DNA from: Folioceros fuciformis | Lineage: Eukaryota | DNA length: 64,000 nucleotides | Assembly (NCBI GenBank): GCA_049999805.1 | Contig: JBNGIO010006119.1 | Coordinates: 40,770-104,769, forward strand | Reading direction: 5' to 3' | Shown: in pieces, positions 49,722 through 62,942 of the stretch | Numbering within the stretch: the stretch's first letter is position 1 | How the letters are laid out: every line of letters begins with the position of its first letter | Notes under the pieces: model-generated | Told to the model about the DNA's origin: nothing | The model's database searches: none | What the model saw: only the letters and a program-made list of their open reading frames with translations | Translations under genes and position numbers: made by a program

Positions 49722-52421
49722 TCATCTCTTTTCTGAGGCCATGGATGTTCGGTCTGCAAATTCTCTCTCGATGATCAGGTGTAGCGCTTCCAAAAACTTT
49801 GAGGTATCCTTTGAGCAGTGCATTGAAGCATGAGCGAGGAAAGGAAGCTTTCTCAGAGTCCTTCCACTAAAACCCTGCTTATTCAAAAGCGACATTAGGA
49901 ACTTTCATAGCGGGAAGAGATGACCAACTATAGGAACGACTTCATCCAAATTGGGGTTCATGCTCACCGCGCATGACTCTGCTATAGAAACCAGGCCATC
50001 CGATATTTTCAAAGACTTCACCGTCTTGACGTCAGCAGGAATCTTTCCCGAGTTTATCCACTCTTTAACAATTTTGAAGCCTAGTATCTCCTCGTTCTAC
50101 CGGCCACAATTCAAGTCAGCTCGCAAGAAGGAAACAGTTCTTGCTCATGACCCAAACGTAAAGCATCCAATGTGCATTCACGCACCTCTGAGACGATTAT
50201 GCCAGTTCTGAGGAGTTCCTTGATACAAGATTGCAAGATCTCATACCTTGCCTGAATTGATGGGGGCCCAATGTATGCCTTGATATCTGCTCTGTCGACA
50301 AAAGCGATATCTGGACGAAAAAAATTCCACTTCAACAGGATCAGACACATGCTCGGACTAACCTGAGGACCTTTGCAGCATGATCCTCGAGATCAACAAG
50401 TTCTGTTCTACGACGAATAACAGGACGAACACATCCAGCACCAACCGATGGCAGCGGTGATGTTTGACGTTGTGAGCACAAAAACATTGGGCCACGCCTT
50501 CAGCCTGTCAAGGTGTGTCAACAGGGCATTCACCACCTGTAGGAGATCAATCCAATCAGCATCAGTATACAAATATCATGACTCTTCTGAATGAAAAGAG
50601 CTCGTGAAGGGGAAAGCTAAAGTGCAGTACCCTAATTGCGTCAGAAGGCTCTGAACCAGACAGAGCAGCTTGTCGAGCTGCGACTAAGCTTTCAACCTCG
50701 TCTGCAAAAACCATCAGAAACAAAGGGTGTGACCCACACAAATCTCGTATTTGCAGAAGAGGTAGGTTAAGCTTCTTAACGATGTCGTTCTGTCCTTGTC
50801 TAACGGGCCTGATGCTCACAGCCTCGCACCTTACCTATTAAAATGAATACTAGAACGTCTCCATCTTGAACCAGTTCTTGAATTTTCTGAAAGAGCTGTG
50901 TCACCTGAACGAGATAAAAGACCAGCCAGATCAACAAGCAGGCCCGGATGTGGTCAGGCTCCAGAACAGGCCGGCTCCAACTATCTGGAGAAAAAGATGT
51001 TGGGCTTGAAAGTACCAGCTTGCCGCTTTCAGAGAACCACTTGCTAAATAAAGAATGTGCATTCACCTCCAATAGCTGCGCTTGAGGATACCTGACCGTG
51101 TGAGAAAGCACTGACTGAGTATCTGGAGATATATCTGCTGTGAAAGGACGCAGAGATACTTGAAGCAAAACACAAAGCTCACCTGTCGCTGAAGTACACA
51201 GCAAGCTTCTGGGCAAGTGCTTTGCACAGTGACGTTTTCCCTGTGCCAGGTGGTCCATGGAGTAGCACGACACTGCAATAGAGGATTCTGCAAGGTTAAG
51301 ACGCCACCTACTGAGCAATCCTTTGGTGCTTCTCTTCAAAAACTCTTCACCAGACAAGCTCACCGATTCCACGACACGATATTGGGATCAACTTTTTTGT
51401 CCGAAAATTGCAAAGCGCTGGTTGCGTATCTTAGCAACCGGTTTTTTAGTCCTAGTTCACACACAAGACTGTAGTTGACGTACATCAGTGAAGGTTTACT
51501 GACAGCGGGGCCCCTGACGTTGAGAGTTCCAACCTGTCCCATAGACCGTGAAATTCCTTCGCCGGAAGAAACCACTCCCGAAAACTCGCCAGGGCACCCG
51601 TGTCATCTACGTCTTCTGCTGGTCCCACGTCGTTGAGCTGAGAGGACATGAAACACTGAGGCGTGGGAAAAAAAATTTGGATCCAATGCCTGAAATTGTT
51701 AGGAAGTCCAGGAGAGAACGTGCAACCACCTGGTAGACATGAACGTCCAACTTCACTTGCCAGAAAAGCAGAATATCCTCTTCATCGTGACGAGCGTCTG
51801 ACAAGTCACAGCATCACAAAATGCACAATTTTCTGCATTCTACAGTCTGATCGCTCGCAGAAATTGCTGTGAAACATATACTTCATTGACATGCTCATTG
51901 TGGACACTTACCTGCATCGCATATGCTAATGCTTTCAACGTTGGTTCGAAGAAATGGATCATCAGTTTCCGACAGAGCTATAGGACCATCGACATAGGTC
52001 AGACTCCGCTTTTCCAGCATCCTGCTCATTAAATTTCGGAATCCATTCAGTTGTGTTGCTCGCTTCCTTGACCCGATGAAACTTAGCCAGATCATTTCCT
52101 ACTTTCAAGCAGATGAACAACACAGCAGATCTGTTTGACATCACGTGTGAGAACCTCTCGACTGCCACGCGGACGTCATCGTTTCGAGCTGTGCTGGAGG
52201 ATTTGAGGCAGACTTCCACTGTCGAGAGTCGGAGACAATGCTTCTAGTCACAGACGAAGAATTCAAAGGGCCAACATAAAACAATTGGTGTAGCTGCTAG
52301 AGTGAACTATCATGAGATTACCAGCTATTTGAACTTTTTCGGTAGGCAAAGGATGCAACTGCAGCTGGTCAGTTTCGGACCGCAGCATTTCTATGGTCGC
52401 AAATCGCGATCCTAGGTCCAT
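49722..52421 (-). CDS. PCH2: Pachytene checkpoint protein 2 / TRIP13 AAA+ ATPase
   Basis: [113 protein letters not shown]. About 13 short exons. Confidence 0.93.
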
Positions 52422-53004
52422 GGAGGTTGCCACACACTGCACGACAATGTCATGAGAAGAGTTTGGCTAACTCGAAGGATTCTTGCAGAGCGGTGCCCTC
52501 GAGCCACGACAGATTAAGCCATGGCAAAACTCGTGAAATGCTAGCGAAGACCAAGCATGATAGTCTGATCACCTCCTCAGTTTCCGTAGACGAGAAGCCT
52601 CCGAGTCTCGATATCTAGCCTATCTGAGGCAATGTGAAGCACTCGGAGCAAAATGCGAAGAACTCTGAGCGTAACAGCTACCTCGGAATGATGTTCAGAG
52701 ATACGCCAGCGTGCGCGTCACATTTCCCGCGTTTCTATCGGTGAACGAGTGGTTCGGGGGACACAATTAGCTCTACAGTCTAAGGAACAAAAGGCGGATT
52801 TGCGTGATGTTGTTCCGACTACGTATGAATCGGTCTCTTGATAGTCTCGTTATTTGCACAGAAAACCCAACTCCCCACATTGGAGTAATTTCGCAACTCC
52901 GAATATCCAAGCGATTTCAGCACATCCTCGAGACTAGGAACAGCTCCAACACGAAAAGAAAAGTGTCACCCAAGGGTAATTATGCATGGCATGCCACCTG
53001 ACCC

Positions 53005-56000
53005 TTAATATTCTACAACCTCCATCTCGTCAGCAGCTTCCTCTTCCGCGATCAAATCCTCTGTGAACAACTTCTTCAATGCAGGAAGCAACTTTGGAAG
53101 CAAATGCAAATCAGCCAAATTGGCGCTCATCATGTCAAACGCTATGCAGGTGCTGTCAGTATAACTTTCGTCAAAAACAGGTATCTTTGGATACCGCTGG
53201 CTGAAGTGTGTAAGGATTGTCCGAAACACCTTCCCTTGTCTTCCTGTTTCAATGGCTTCGCAAGTCATACTGTGTCTTTTCATTCGAGCTTCTTCTCCCA
53301 TTCCGTCATCAAATGTAGCCTGCCAGCGTGAAAGAAAGATTTTCAGGCCAAGGGAATTTACTGTGTTCATATTGGAAATTCTGTTCAAATGAATCTCACC
53401 TCATGAATAAGAACAGTCGCCCCGTGACAGGCATTCAAAAGCGTCTTGCAGGGCCTTGTGTCCCCTGAATATGCCAGCTTCCACCCTGCCCTTACAACCC
53501 CCGTATGATCCGTTCTCTTGTCGGCCTCCAAGATGACCCCAAACGCTTGAGGACAATGGACAACTGGCACACTGACCAGGCTGCGAAGTCCTAAGGAGGA
53601 TAAGGTAGCCTTCAGTATTTCCTGACCAACTTCATCACGGCCTGCCAGATTGTAACCCGGCTGAACCCAGTAGTTGTACATTTGCTTCGGCCTTTTATTT
53701 CCGACTGCTGAGCTTGTATGGACACCGCTTTCAACATATGCATGAATAAGACCATGGCTAACATCTTTTCTATCTATACTCTGGTCTGAGGAAAGTTCGT
53801 TGTCTTCCTCGCCAGTTGTCTGGCTGCAGTCCAAAAAATACATTCCCAAGGCTTCTAGCTTCGTGTAGGCATCCAAGTATCTCTTCAAATGCTTCGGTCC
53901 GATCACTAGGATGGGAGAGAACATTCCCTGTCTCTCAAGCAGTGACTTTCTCACTGCCAAAATTCGTGACAGACCTGTATGGTGGTCTGCATGTATATGA
54001 GATATCCATACACATTTTAAGCCGGAAACAATGTCATCAGCCCCTTCAAGTCCATACCTGTCCAATGCATGACACAAAAATTAAACTTCCAAAATGATAC
54101 AAAATTGACATACCACAACCAACCTCCTGAGTAAGCAAAGCATGATGACAACGACATGCCTGGTGCCAGCAAATATCAGGAAACCCCAAAACCTTCTCCC
54201 ACCTCCTCTTGAGCTGCCCATAGGTTCCCTCTCCACAGTCGAGCATTATGCCGCCGCGACTGAACAGGTGGATGTAAATTGCGCTTACATTTCGATACTT
54301 TGATGGCTGGGAAGAGCCTGTACCGAGAAATACTATCTCCATTTCCCTCCTGTGTAAGTTTTGAAGGCAATCTGGCAGAACAATGTTTGCCCTGTCAACT
54401 GATTCAAGAGTATGTTGGGCCACGTCAATTTTAAGAGGCTCTTCAACACGTGACACCAGTTCACTCGTATTCTTGCTCAACTGGTCCTCGTGTCTGACTT
54501 CAATTACTTTATCCTGCGGAAGACTGGCACTAGAAGGAAGGGAACAATCTTGGAGCCAAGGTTCTTCCACTGGGTACGTATTTGCAGCCTCTGGCCGTCT
54601 AATAATACCAACTGTCGGGAGGGGTCTACTATCTGATGCTACATTCCACATCTGTGCAATCTCATCCCTGATCCTCTCAAGATCAGGAAAGTCTGACACC
54701 AGTTGCTTTCGCAGCCGACAAAGGCAGAATGCACTTGATATGGATGAAAGGTCCAACCCTACGGACGACAGGGGGCGCAGTCGAAACTGCAGGCAACCCA
54801 GTCAGTACATGTTCCCAACGCTTGCGCCGTTTGCTCCTAGCAAAAACATTCCAAGAGAGGAAATCCAAGACAGTAGTACCTTTAAAAGGTTTGCTGCTTT
54901 CGAAATCAAAGATGTGGATCCAGGAATCTGACAGACGAAGAAAATGGTTACACCAGGTGGTGCTTAAAAGTTCCACAAACAGTTAAAATACACATCATTA
55001 TCCATACCTGCTGCAAAGGTCCTACCAATTCTTCACAAGCTTGCGATCGCTCTATGCCGTTGTGAAGCTCGGCATCAGACTTGTCTTTGGGCACAAGGCC
55101 ACAGTCTGGAAAAACTTGTGGGCAAATGTAATTCAGGCACGATATTACCTTCGCACTCGACTTCAGTACTGGCGACGTAATGTTCTGCCTGGTTGGTCCC
55201 AACAGCCAAACAACTGACTCAGTCAGGTGGTGACTTATGCTTTGCCTCCGGCAGCATGGAAATACCTAGTGCGTACCCTATAAGGTATAACTTTGCAGCT
55301 GTGCAACTGGCCACTTACGATCCATGTCCAGCTAAAATGTGACTTGTCTCAGAGAAAACGGCCATCCACTCCTGGTATCTGACGTCACTCGTCACAATGG
55401 ATGGACCTATGTGCACCATGCATGTCACCAACTTGGACGGAGGTTCGCCGGGATAAAAGTCCTTAAGGCCAGATGACGACAATAGGGCTGGTATATGGTC
55501 CAGAGTAGGGCAATCCACCAGTATAAAAATAGGACCTGGTGAAGGAGGTTCCATCACCTGGTGTGGATGAACCTGCATCAGCAATAACAGCTCAGCTGCA
55601 GGAACCATGATAATGCCAGAATTTTCATGAGCTAGTACGTAAAACACTGACCATTCCAGTGTTATCATCCCGGGGAACAGACTTGCCATTTTGAAGCTCA
55701 CTGTATTTTCTTCCAGGTTTCACACCCAGTGCTGTTGCCTTCGTAGGATCGAATTTTCCTCTCACTTGGGGAAGCTCGCAGACATAAACCACAGAGACGT
55801 CCCCTGCTCTGTACTTGTCTGCACTTTCCCCTGTTGATCTAGTTCCGTCATTATGGTCATCAAGGACTGACAAGAAAAATGCAGCAAGTAGTGAAAAACT
55901 AATCCAAAAGTTCAAACCAGCTGTAGCCATGAGCAGAGCTAGAAACTAGGTTGACGCCTTGATTACCTTCATTCTCTTCATCACCATCATTTGAGCTAGT

Positions 56001-58659
56001 CTTATCCCTGAGACTCCCTTGGTGTTTCACATCACCAGCAGCACTCGTGGACGGGTGAAGCAAGACTGCTGAGATTTTCACATACTCATCATGAAAAAGT
56101 ACTTCTGTATCAGCAGGATCCTTTCCAGAGTTGTCGTGACTAAATGCCTGCCCGAAACTGTGGCTGTGTACGACTGAGGCATTGGGAACAAACGTTCGCA
56201 TAGCATCGACAAAGTATTGCAACTCTGATGTTCCCCATACGTTCACCTGCACAGAAGACGTTCATAGCAAGAATCAGTAGGAGGGAATGCTTAGGGCAAG
56301 AAGTTGGACCAATGCGGTGAAACAATTGGGGTCCACACCAAACCGGCAATGCAGCCAAGTTCTCAAGAAGACAAAGATCAATGACCTTGCATGTTCTTTG
56401 CACGCCCATATAGAAATCAGAGCTCACTTACAGGTTCTTTACTATCACCAAGATTTCCAAGAGTGAGGAGCAAGCCTGCAAAGGGACAACAACCAAGACC
56501 CGAAACAACAGCTCAAGGAATCGTCCAGCTCTTCTTTCTGGCCAACAACGAAGTGGAAGAAACTTGTACAAAACGGGCGAATTCACCAGAGTCATTACCA
56601 GGAATTCCATTGGCAGTTTCAGACGTGACTCGTGTGAGGAAAAGGTGGTCAATCTACACCAAGACATCCCGAAGTGAAAGCACCAGTTAACTGACAGTTG
56701 GGGGTAACAATAGATATTAAGAAAACGTGCAATTCTCGCAATATTACAACGTGAGCAAACAAGAACCCTATTTGCCGAACAAATTGGATAAGAAACAGGA
56801 GCGGCTGCTACCTTAGAAAGTTTTATCTTGTGCTCAAGGCAAAATCGCTGCAGACCCTGTGCAGAGAACATCAAGGTACCGTACAGGCAAGTCAGCACAT
56901 GAAAGGACCGATTGATCACCGTGCTTCCAAAAAAAAAGGGCTCGTCTAGAAACCGACCTCTCCAGCATTGAAGATGAATCTGCGCTTGTCGAAGAAGAGC
57001 AATACACTGGGTGCAGTGTCTTCAGTGTCCATACCAGTGCCAAGAATCTGCGTGAACTACTTCCTCAGTACGCAACAGGAACTGAGCTCACGGGTCAGAA
57101 AAAGGGAACAACGGTATGACTGGAAGACGACCCATGGTGCAGACTTGAATCCTAGCAGATCATCAAGCGACATGTACCAAGAAAGAAGGCTGCTCGGTGC
57201 CTGGTATCAGACTCAGCTTCCAAAGTTCTTGGCATCCTATGCTAAAAGTAGGGCAACCCGCACCGCCAACTAACTCCATGCTTTTGACGAGGGGAACCAT
57301 TCTAGCTTAAAACCAAGACGTGGTTTTTGTGTTTACCAGGTTCTCAGAGAGGAACAAGACCAGCAGTCGCCAGTTAAAGGACATAGGCCGGCACACAGTA
57401 CCAAATGCAAACAGAAAGAAGGGCGGGAAACGATACTACTTGGGACAGAAATGCAATGGACAACGGAGGTGAGAGTCGAACTCAGCTTGCCTGCACATAG
57501 CTGTTGTTGCTGTTTGCAAACGTGTTGCAACCTTCCGGCAAGAGTTTTCGTTTGCCCATGAGGCACCAATGAAGATCAAACGGTACCCTCTCGCATTCAG
57601 GTTTGAAAAAATGTCCCTACAATCAAGGCAGGCAGGGATGGGAGAGGGTTATAACTTGCTTGCCTGCACAAAGCTGATGGTGCTGGTTGCGTGCGAACTT
57701 CCAGGGAGGATATGCCCATCTCTATGCCGTCCTCCACTCCTGGGACGTGGTGCCATCGAGTCTAAATCGACTCCCCTTGTCCTTGCAGACGAGGAAACCG
57801 AATACTCTGATTTTCTATCTACACTTCCCACCTTAGGAGGGAGGAAGAAGGCAGGACGTGACCGCAAAGCCTCCACAGAAACGGAACAGCTAGCTACTAG
57901 TCGTTCACTATCGGTAGCCTCCACTGCTCCCTTGAGGAGCAACAGGCCATCAGATTCCTCATGGACGGAGTTCGCGTCGCTGGCAAGGGATACCGGCGAC
58001 TTGCGTTGGGCGGCGGGTGTTTCCGCAACCGCCGAATTTTCCTCAGCGCTCCAGGCTCCAGCTACACCCGTTGGGGGCGCAGATTTTTGTTCATCCACAA
58101 CCACGACGGACGTAACAGACACTTTCCTGGCCCGTGCACGCTGCGGCTTCTGCACTGAGAGTTCGGAATCGGCAGGACGCGACTCTTTCACCTCATCCTC
58201 CTCCAACCTCACCGACGGCAGCAGGGCACCACTCCCGTCCCCGCTCAGCTGCCGCTCGATCACTGCGCCCGCCGTGGACGGAATCAGTTGCTGCACGTGC
58301 GTACCCGCCTGAACTGTGGACGCGGCCGACTTCGGCCGGCCCCGGCCGCGCTTCTTCGGCACAAGCACAGCATGCGCCGCCGCGTCCTCCGATGCAGGAG
58401 CCGCAGCTCCCACAGCCTCCGCGGACTGAGGCTCTACCGGCCTCGATTCAACCACAGCACTCACTCGCCGCCCCGGTTTCCTGGACGCAGGGCTCTCTTG
58501 CGCTGCCTTGGACGCGCTGCAAACCGAAAACCGCTGCTGCTGGCGTCGCCACGCCAACCCGCCCGGAGAGCAGAGCTCGGCAAGACGGCGCGATCCACGC
58601 GGAATGTGCAGCAAGAGCGGGCGCTGCAGAGCTGCTGCCGCCACGGTCGCTGGCGACAT
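53005..58659 (-). CDS. Long-form tRNase Z (ELAC2 / plant TRZ3-TRZ4 type) with long N-terminal extension
   Basis: [68 protein letters not shown] (HxHxDH); [22 protein letters not shown]. Confidence 0.92.
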
Positions 58660-59108
58660 GAATAAGCGCCAGCGTGGGGTCGCGAGTCCGCCACTCCTCC
58701 AGGATCAACCCACCTTCACGATCGGGTGACGGGGCACTGGAGTTGGTTTTGCACGCCATCATAGGTAGCTCCCGCGTCGACAACGACGAAGCCTGATGTT
58801 CCACCTCGGCCTACCATCTGATACAATCTATACGTAAATGACCCTCAATTACGCTAGAAAACTACAGTACGAGGCCAACCGGAACCAAAGCATGTGGCCA
58901 CCTCAATCACAAAGTCTTGTTATATTTTACAAGTTACATCTGATTATAAGCTATCTTAGGTACTTCGCTTAGATTATAATTATCATCATATTTATGTCAC
59001 TCGTATGGAATACTCATATGAAGGAGTTGCATTTTTTTTTTTCCTCAACCCTATTTTCTGGTTTTCTCGCACCTCATCTTAGGGCTTGACATACTCTATG
59101 GACTTAGG

Positions 59109-60250
59109 TTTTTTTTTTTTTTTTTTTTTTTCCTCCTTGTGGATCAATCACTAACAATCAAGATCTTTTTGTGGACTATCACAAAACACACACAAGATTC
59201 TTTCTTCTCAAAACCCTTGGCAAATCTAGGACAAATTTCTTTGCAAATGGCATGTCCACATTGTCTAGCAAATGGCCTTACACATTGTAGCCATAGAGAA
59301 CAAGTGCAAGGAGTATTTGAGGATTTACAGATGTAGGTGGCCTTATAGATCGTAGGTGAAGATTGTCTTGCAAATTGCATTGTAGATTGTCCCTAAAGTT
59401 TGCATTACAGATTGTCCCTATAGGACAATGTATTGTAGATTATTGCAAAGTGTCCCTGCAAATCATATTATAGAGTGTCCTGAAGTTTGTATTGCAAATT
59501 GTCCTACAACTTTGCATAGAAGATTGCTCTATAGATTGCCAATCACTGTCGATGGCCTCACTCACTCACATACCCTTGGGTGAGCAACTGCATGGTAGGA
59601 TTGGAGGGATTGATCTCGTTTGGCCTTACATATGGCCTTAGAGGTTGCAAGTCCAAAGTGGGGATGCTATTCAAGTTGCAAATTTTCTTATACATGGTAG
59701 GTACAAATTGCTTGGCAAATGGCCTTGCATATTGTACTTGCAAAGAACAAGTACATGATGTGTTTACGGATTGCAAATGCAAGTTGTCTTGTAGATTGTG
59801 GGTACATCTTACCTTGCAAAGACTATGTTGCATATTAACCTTTGCAAATTGCCTTGCAAATTGTGGTTGTGGATTGCCTTGCAATTGGCCTTTGGGATTG
59901 CCTTGAAGTTCGACATTGCTTTGCATATGACCAAACTCTTTATAGTTGCAAAGTGCATTGGACATCACCTTACACATGCCCTTGTACCTTGATATCATAT
60001 CCTAGTTGCTAAAAATGACTTACACACTCCTGGGTTTTGCAAAACTTAGAGATTACGCTTGATGCGAATGCAAAGGGCTTGGAGGGTATGAACTTCCTCC
60101 TCGACTACATTGACTTCACCTAGCTTTAATGATGCTAAGTAGAGAATGCATGAACAAGATGGAGCTATTGGAGATATACTCGCACCTAGCTTTAATGATG
60201 CTAAGTAGAGAATGCAGGAACAAGATGGAGCTATTGGAGGTATACTTGCA
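59109..60250. repeat. T23 tract followed by degenerate TTGCAAA-rich repeats and a ~66-bp tandem duplication
   Basis: Poly-T at 59109-59131; diverged internal duplication ~59215-59360 vs ~59675-59810; duplication at 60117-60240. Confidence 0.6.
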
Positions 60251-60735
60251 GCCATGGATAGAGGAGGGGCGCTCCATGGTCGTGGACCTGCATTTTTCTT
60301 CTCCTGTCTCTGCAGTGGTGTGAAACCTATTGGTAAAGGTCCATGATTGCTCTAAGGGGATATTGAATAAAGATTTCATGGTTCCATTCCCTTCCTTTTC
60401 CTTGCTGAAGGTGTTACCTACAATCGTTCCCTCGAGGAAATTGCTCCTCCTTTGAAATTACTGGACCGTGGATGAAACCCAAGTATTCGTATCAGTATTC
60501 CGGACACTCATGGTAATCGAGAAGGAAAAATGATGCGTTAGTGAGATGTATCTATAAATGCATGCAGCTATGTATGTATTAATTAATTACGTTTGTTTGG
60601 CCATTGAAAGGGCGAGCGAACCGGTGAAAGTGGGTGACCTGGTGGCAGGAAGCGCGGGCATCAAACGGGAAAGTGGCCCTCTTTTACTCCACCTTGGCCC
60701 AGTGTTTGGAGAGGGAGCACATTCGCGGGAAGGCG

Positions 60736-62277
60736 ATGGAGTTGGGGGGAGTGGTAGGACGAGCAACGGATGAGAGCAGCCCGCGGCAGCGGCTGGGGCT
60801 GGGGCTGGGGCGGGCGTCGGCCTTTGATTTCACGGACTTCACGGTCGCATATCCCTTCAGCGACGTGAAGCTGGTGAGCGCCAGTGGCGCCGTGCTCTAT
60901 GGCTGTCGGTACAATCTGGCGGTTCGGTCGCCCGTGTGCAAGCGGATGCTGCTGAGCGGGATGAAGGAGGCGCAGCCGATGTCGGAGGTGGTGATCATTC
61001 CGTTCCCCATGATGAGGACGGAGGCCTTGCAGGTGCTGCTCGAGTTTTGCACATCCGGGTGCTTCTCAGCCAAGTTGGTGCGGGAGGCGCCGGTGGATGT
61101 TATTCACGCGGCGCGCTATTTCCAGCTCACAGATGACATGGAGGAGGTGATCGAGAGCGTGGTGTCGGAGATGATGGAGCTCGCGGGGGCCCAGGGTGGA
61201 CAGGAGCGGTGGGCGGAGGCGCTGTCGCTGGCGCTGGAATGCTTGCCGACCGATTTGGACGCTTCCTTCTTCGAGTTCTTGCTCAAGAGAATCTTCTCCC
61301 GGTCGATCGAAGCCCTGGGGTACCAGAAGCTGAGTGCCAGGGCCCTGGAGTTTTTGCTGTCCAGGTCGTTGGCTTGTTCAGACCCTTGGGCGTCAAGTTT
61401 CTTCTTCTACTCTTCCGAGTTCTCTATCTTTCGGTACTTGTTACACTGGTCTGCTTGTCAGATATCGGAAGACGCCCAGCGGCAGTTGTATTTCGTACGC
61501 GACGCGATCATGGACAATGAGAGCTTTGACATAGATAGCATTGGGCCGGGGACCGCCGAATTGTTGGAGACCATAGCTGCAATTGCTGAGCCTTTCCTAC
61601 CCTTGATAAATTTTAAGTCCATACACCCCCAGGACATCGCCATAGAGATAAAGCCGTTGAAGATAGTGCCTGCCGAAATGCTGCTTGATGCTCTCTGCCA
61701 CCATGCCCTCGTCCTGAACATGAGTTCTCCTATCATGTATCGAGGGCCATATGTTCTACAGTGGCATCCTAATGGGCATTCCCCGGATCTTGTCATCGAC
61801 GAGAACTCAGATGGAAGGGGGATTTACTGCGGCTCGGACCTTTCAGGCTTTGCGAGGACATACTCGTCCTTGGAAGGTAGTGGAGAGCACAGCTGGTTGG
61901 TTACCGTTTCTATATACTCTAATCCCAGTGGCATCGGAATCGGGTTCTGCTCTGATGAGGCCAACTATTGTCAGTGGCTTGGATATAGCCCCAAGGGCTG
62001 GATCCTGGATGGCGGTGCCAGGTTCTGGCATAAAGGAGTGGCTGTTATGGCAGCTGACTGTTTGTCGTTCAGATCCGATGTGACGGAAGTTCAAGTCACC
62101 GTGAACTTGGATAGAAGAACTTGCCGTTTCACAATTAGACAAGATTCTGAAGGAGAATCTGTAGAGGTCAGCTCAGACGGTCCTTGGCTCGACATTCCTA
62201 AGCTTATATACCCCGCTGTGAGTTTCCGCAACTCGTCTGGACGAGTTTCTCTGAGCCCCTGTGAGGCCACGTTCTGA
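60736..62277 (+). CDS. Intronless BTB/POZ - BACK-like - SPRY/B30.2-like protein
   Basis: FSDVKLV..NLAVRSPVCKRMLLSGMKEA..LLEFC..AARYFQL (BTB); EFSIFRYLLHW..LPLINFKSI (BACK-like); W.V..IGIGFC..WLG..GW..VTVNLD.RTC.F..IYPAVS (SPRY-like). Confidence 0.8.
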   Translation: MELGGVVGRATDESSPRQRLGLGLGRASAFDFTDFTVAYPFSDVKLVSASGAVLYGCRYNLAVRSPVCKRMLLSGMKEAQPMSEVVIIPFPMMRTEALQVLLEFCTSGCFSAKLVREAPVDVIHAARYFQLTDDMEEVIESVVSEMMELAGAQGGQERWAEALSLALECLPTDLDASFFEFLLKRIFSRSIEALGYQKLSARALEFLLSRSLACSDPWASSFFFYSSEFSIFRYLLHWSACQISEDAQRQLYFVRDAIMDNESFDIDSIGPGTAELLETIAAIAEPFLPLINFKSIHPQDIAIEIKPLKIVPAEMLLDALCHHALVLNMSSPIMYRGPYVLQWHPNGHSPDLVIDENSDGRGIYCGSDLSGFARTYSSLEGSGEHSWLVTVSIYSNPSGIGIGFCSDEANYCQWLGYSPKGWILDGGARFWHKGVAVMAADCLSFRSDVTEVQVTVNLDRRTCRFTIRQDSEGESVEVSSDGPWLDIPKLIYPAVSFRNSSGRVSLSPCEATF

Positions 62278-62942
62278 TGGAGAGCCGTGCTGTGCCTCCC
62301 GTGCTCTCCCATTTTTGTATATCCGTAACGTCCTTAGGCCTCATTTTTCTTTCCCCCTGAGACCCTTTGTAATTCCAAGTTGGAACAAGTGTCACTTCTT
62401 AAATCCTCAATGGGGAAGGAATTGTCCTTCCCACAGAGGTAGCTGCACAGGAAGGGGACAAAAAATAAGTAAGAAGATGTGCTCTCCACACGATTGTTGT
62501 TGTAAGTCGGTGTCGAATTTGAGCATTGCGTATTCATGTTTTGCCACTACCACAGACATACAGGTGTAGGACGCAGGCTAGATACCTATTTTGTGAACAA
62601 AAATAACCCCAGGGGTCCTGCGCTAATGCACTGGAAGCGGCTAATCTGAAACGAGGAGGTTTTCTTCAATGGCGGGAGACAAGTGGGAGGAAGCGCATGA
62701 TAGCAGGCGGGCAGACAAAAAACAGTCTGCGTGCCTAAAAATCCTCAGCTACTTGTCACAACTCATCAACCTATTGAGGCACGAAATGGAAGACATCAAA
62801 GTTCACAACCACATGTCCAATCACTGAGTGGAACTGCTGAAATGATCTCCTCGCCTTGTGAGCAGAACAGCAAGACAATCACTTGCTTCCCCCGAAGAAA
62901 ACAAGCAGGGCCCTGTGCAGTACGGAGAAGGCCCCGACATCC

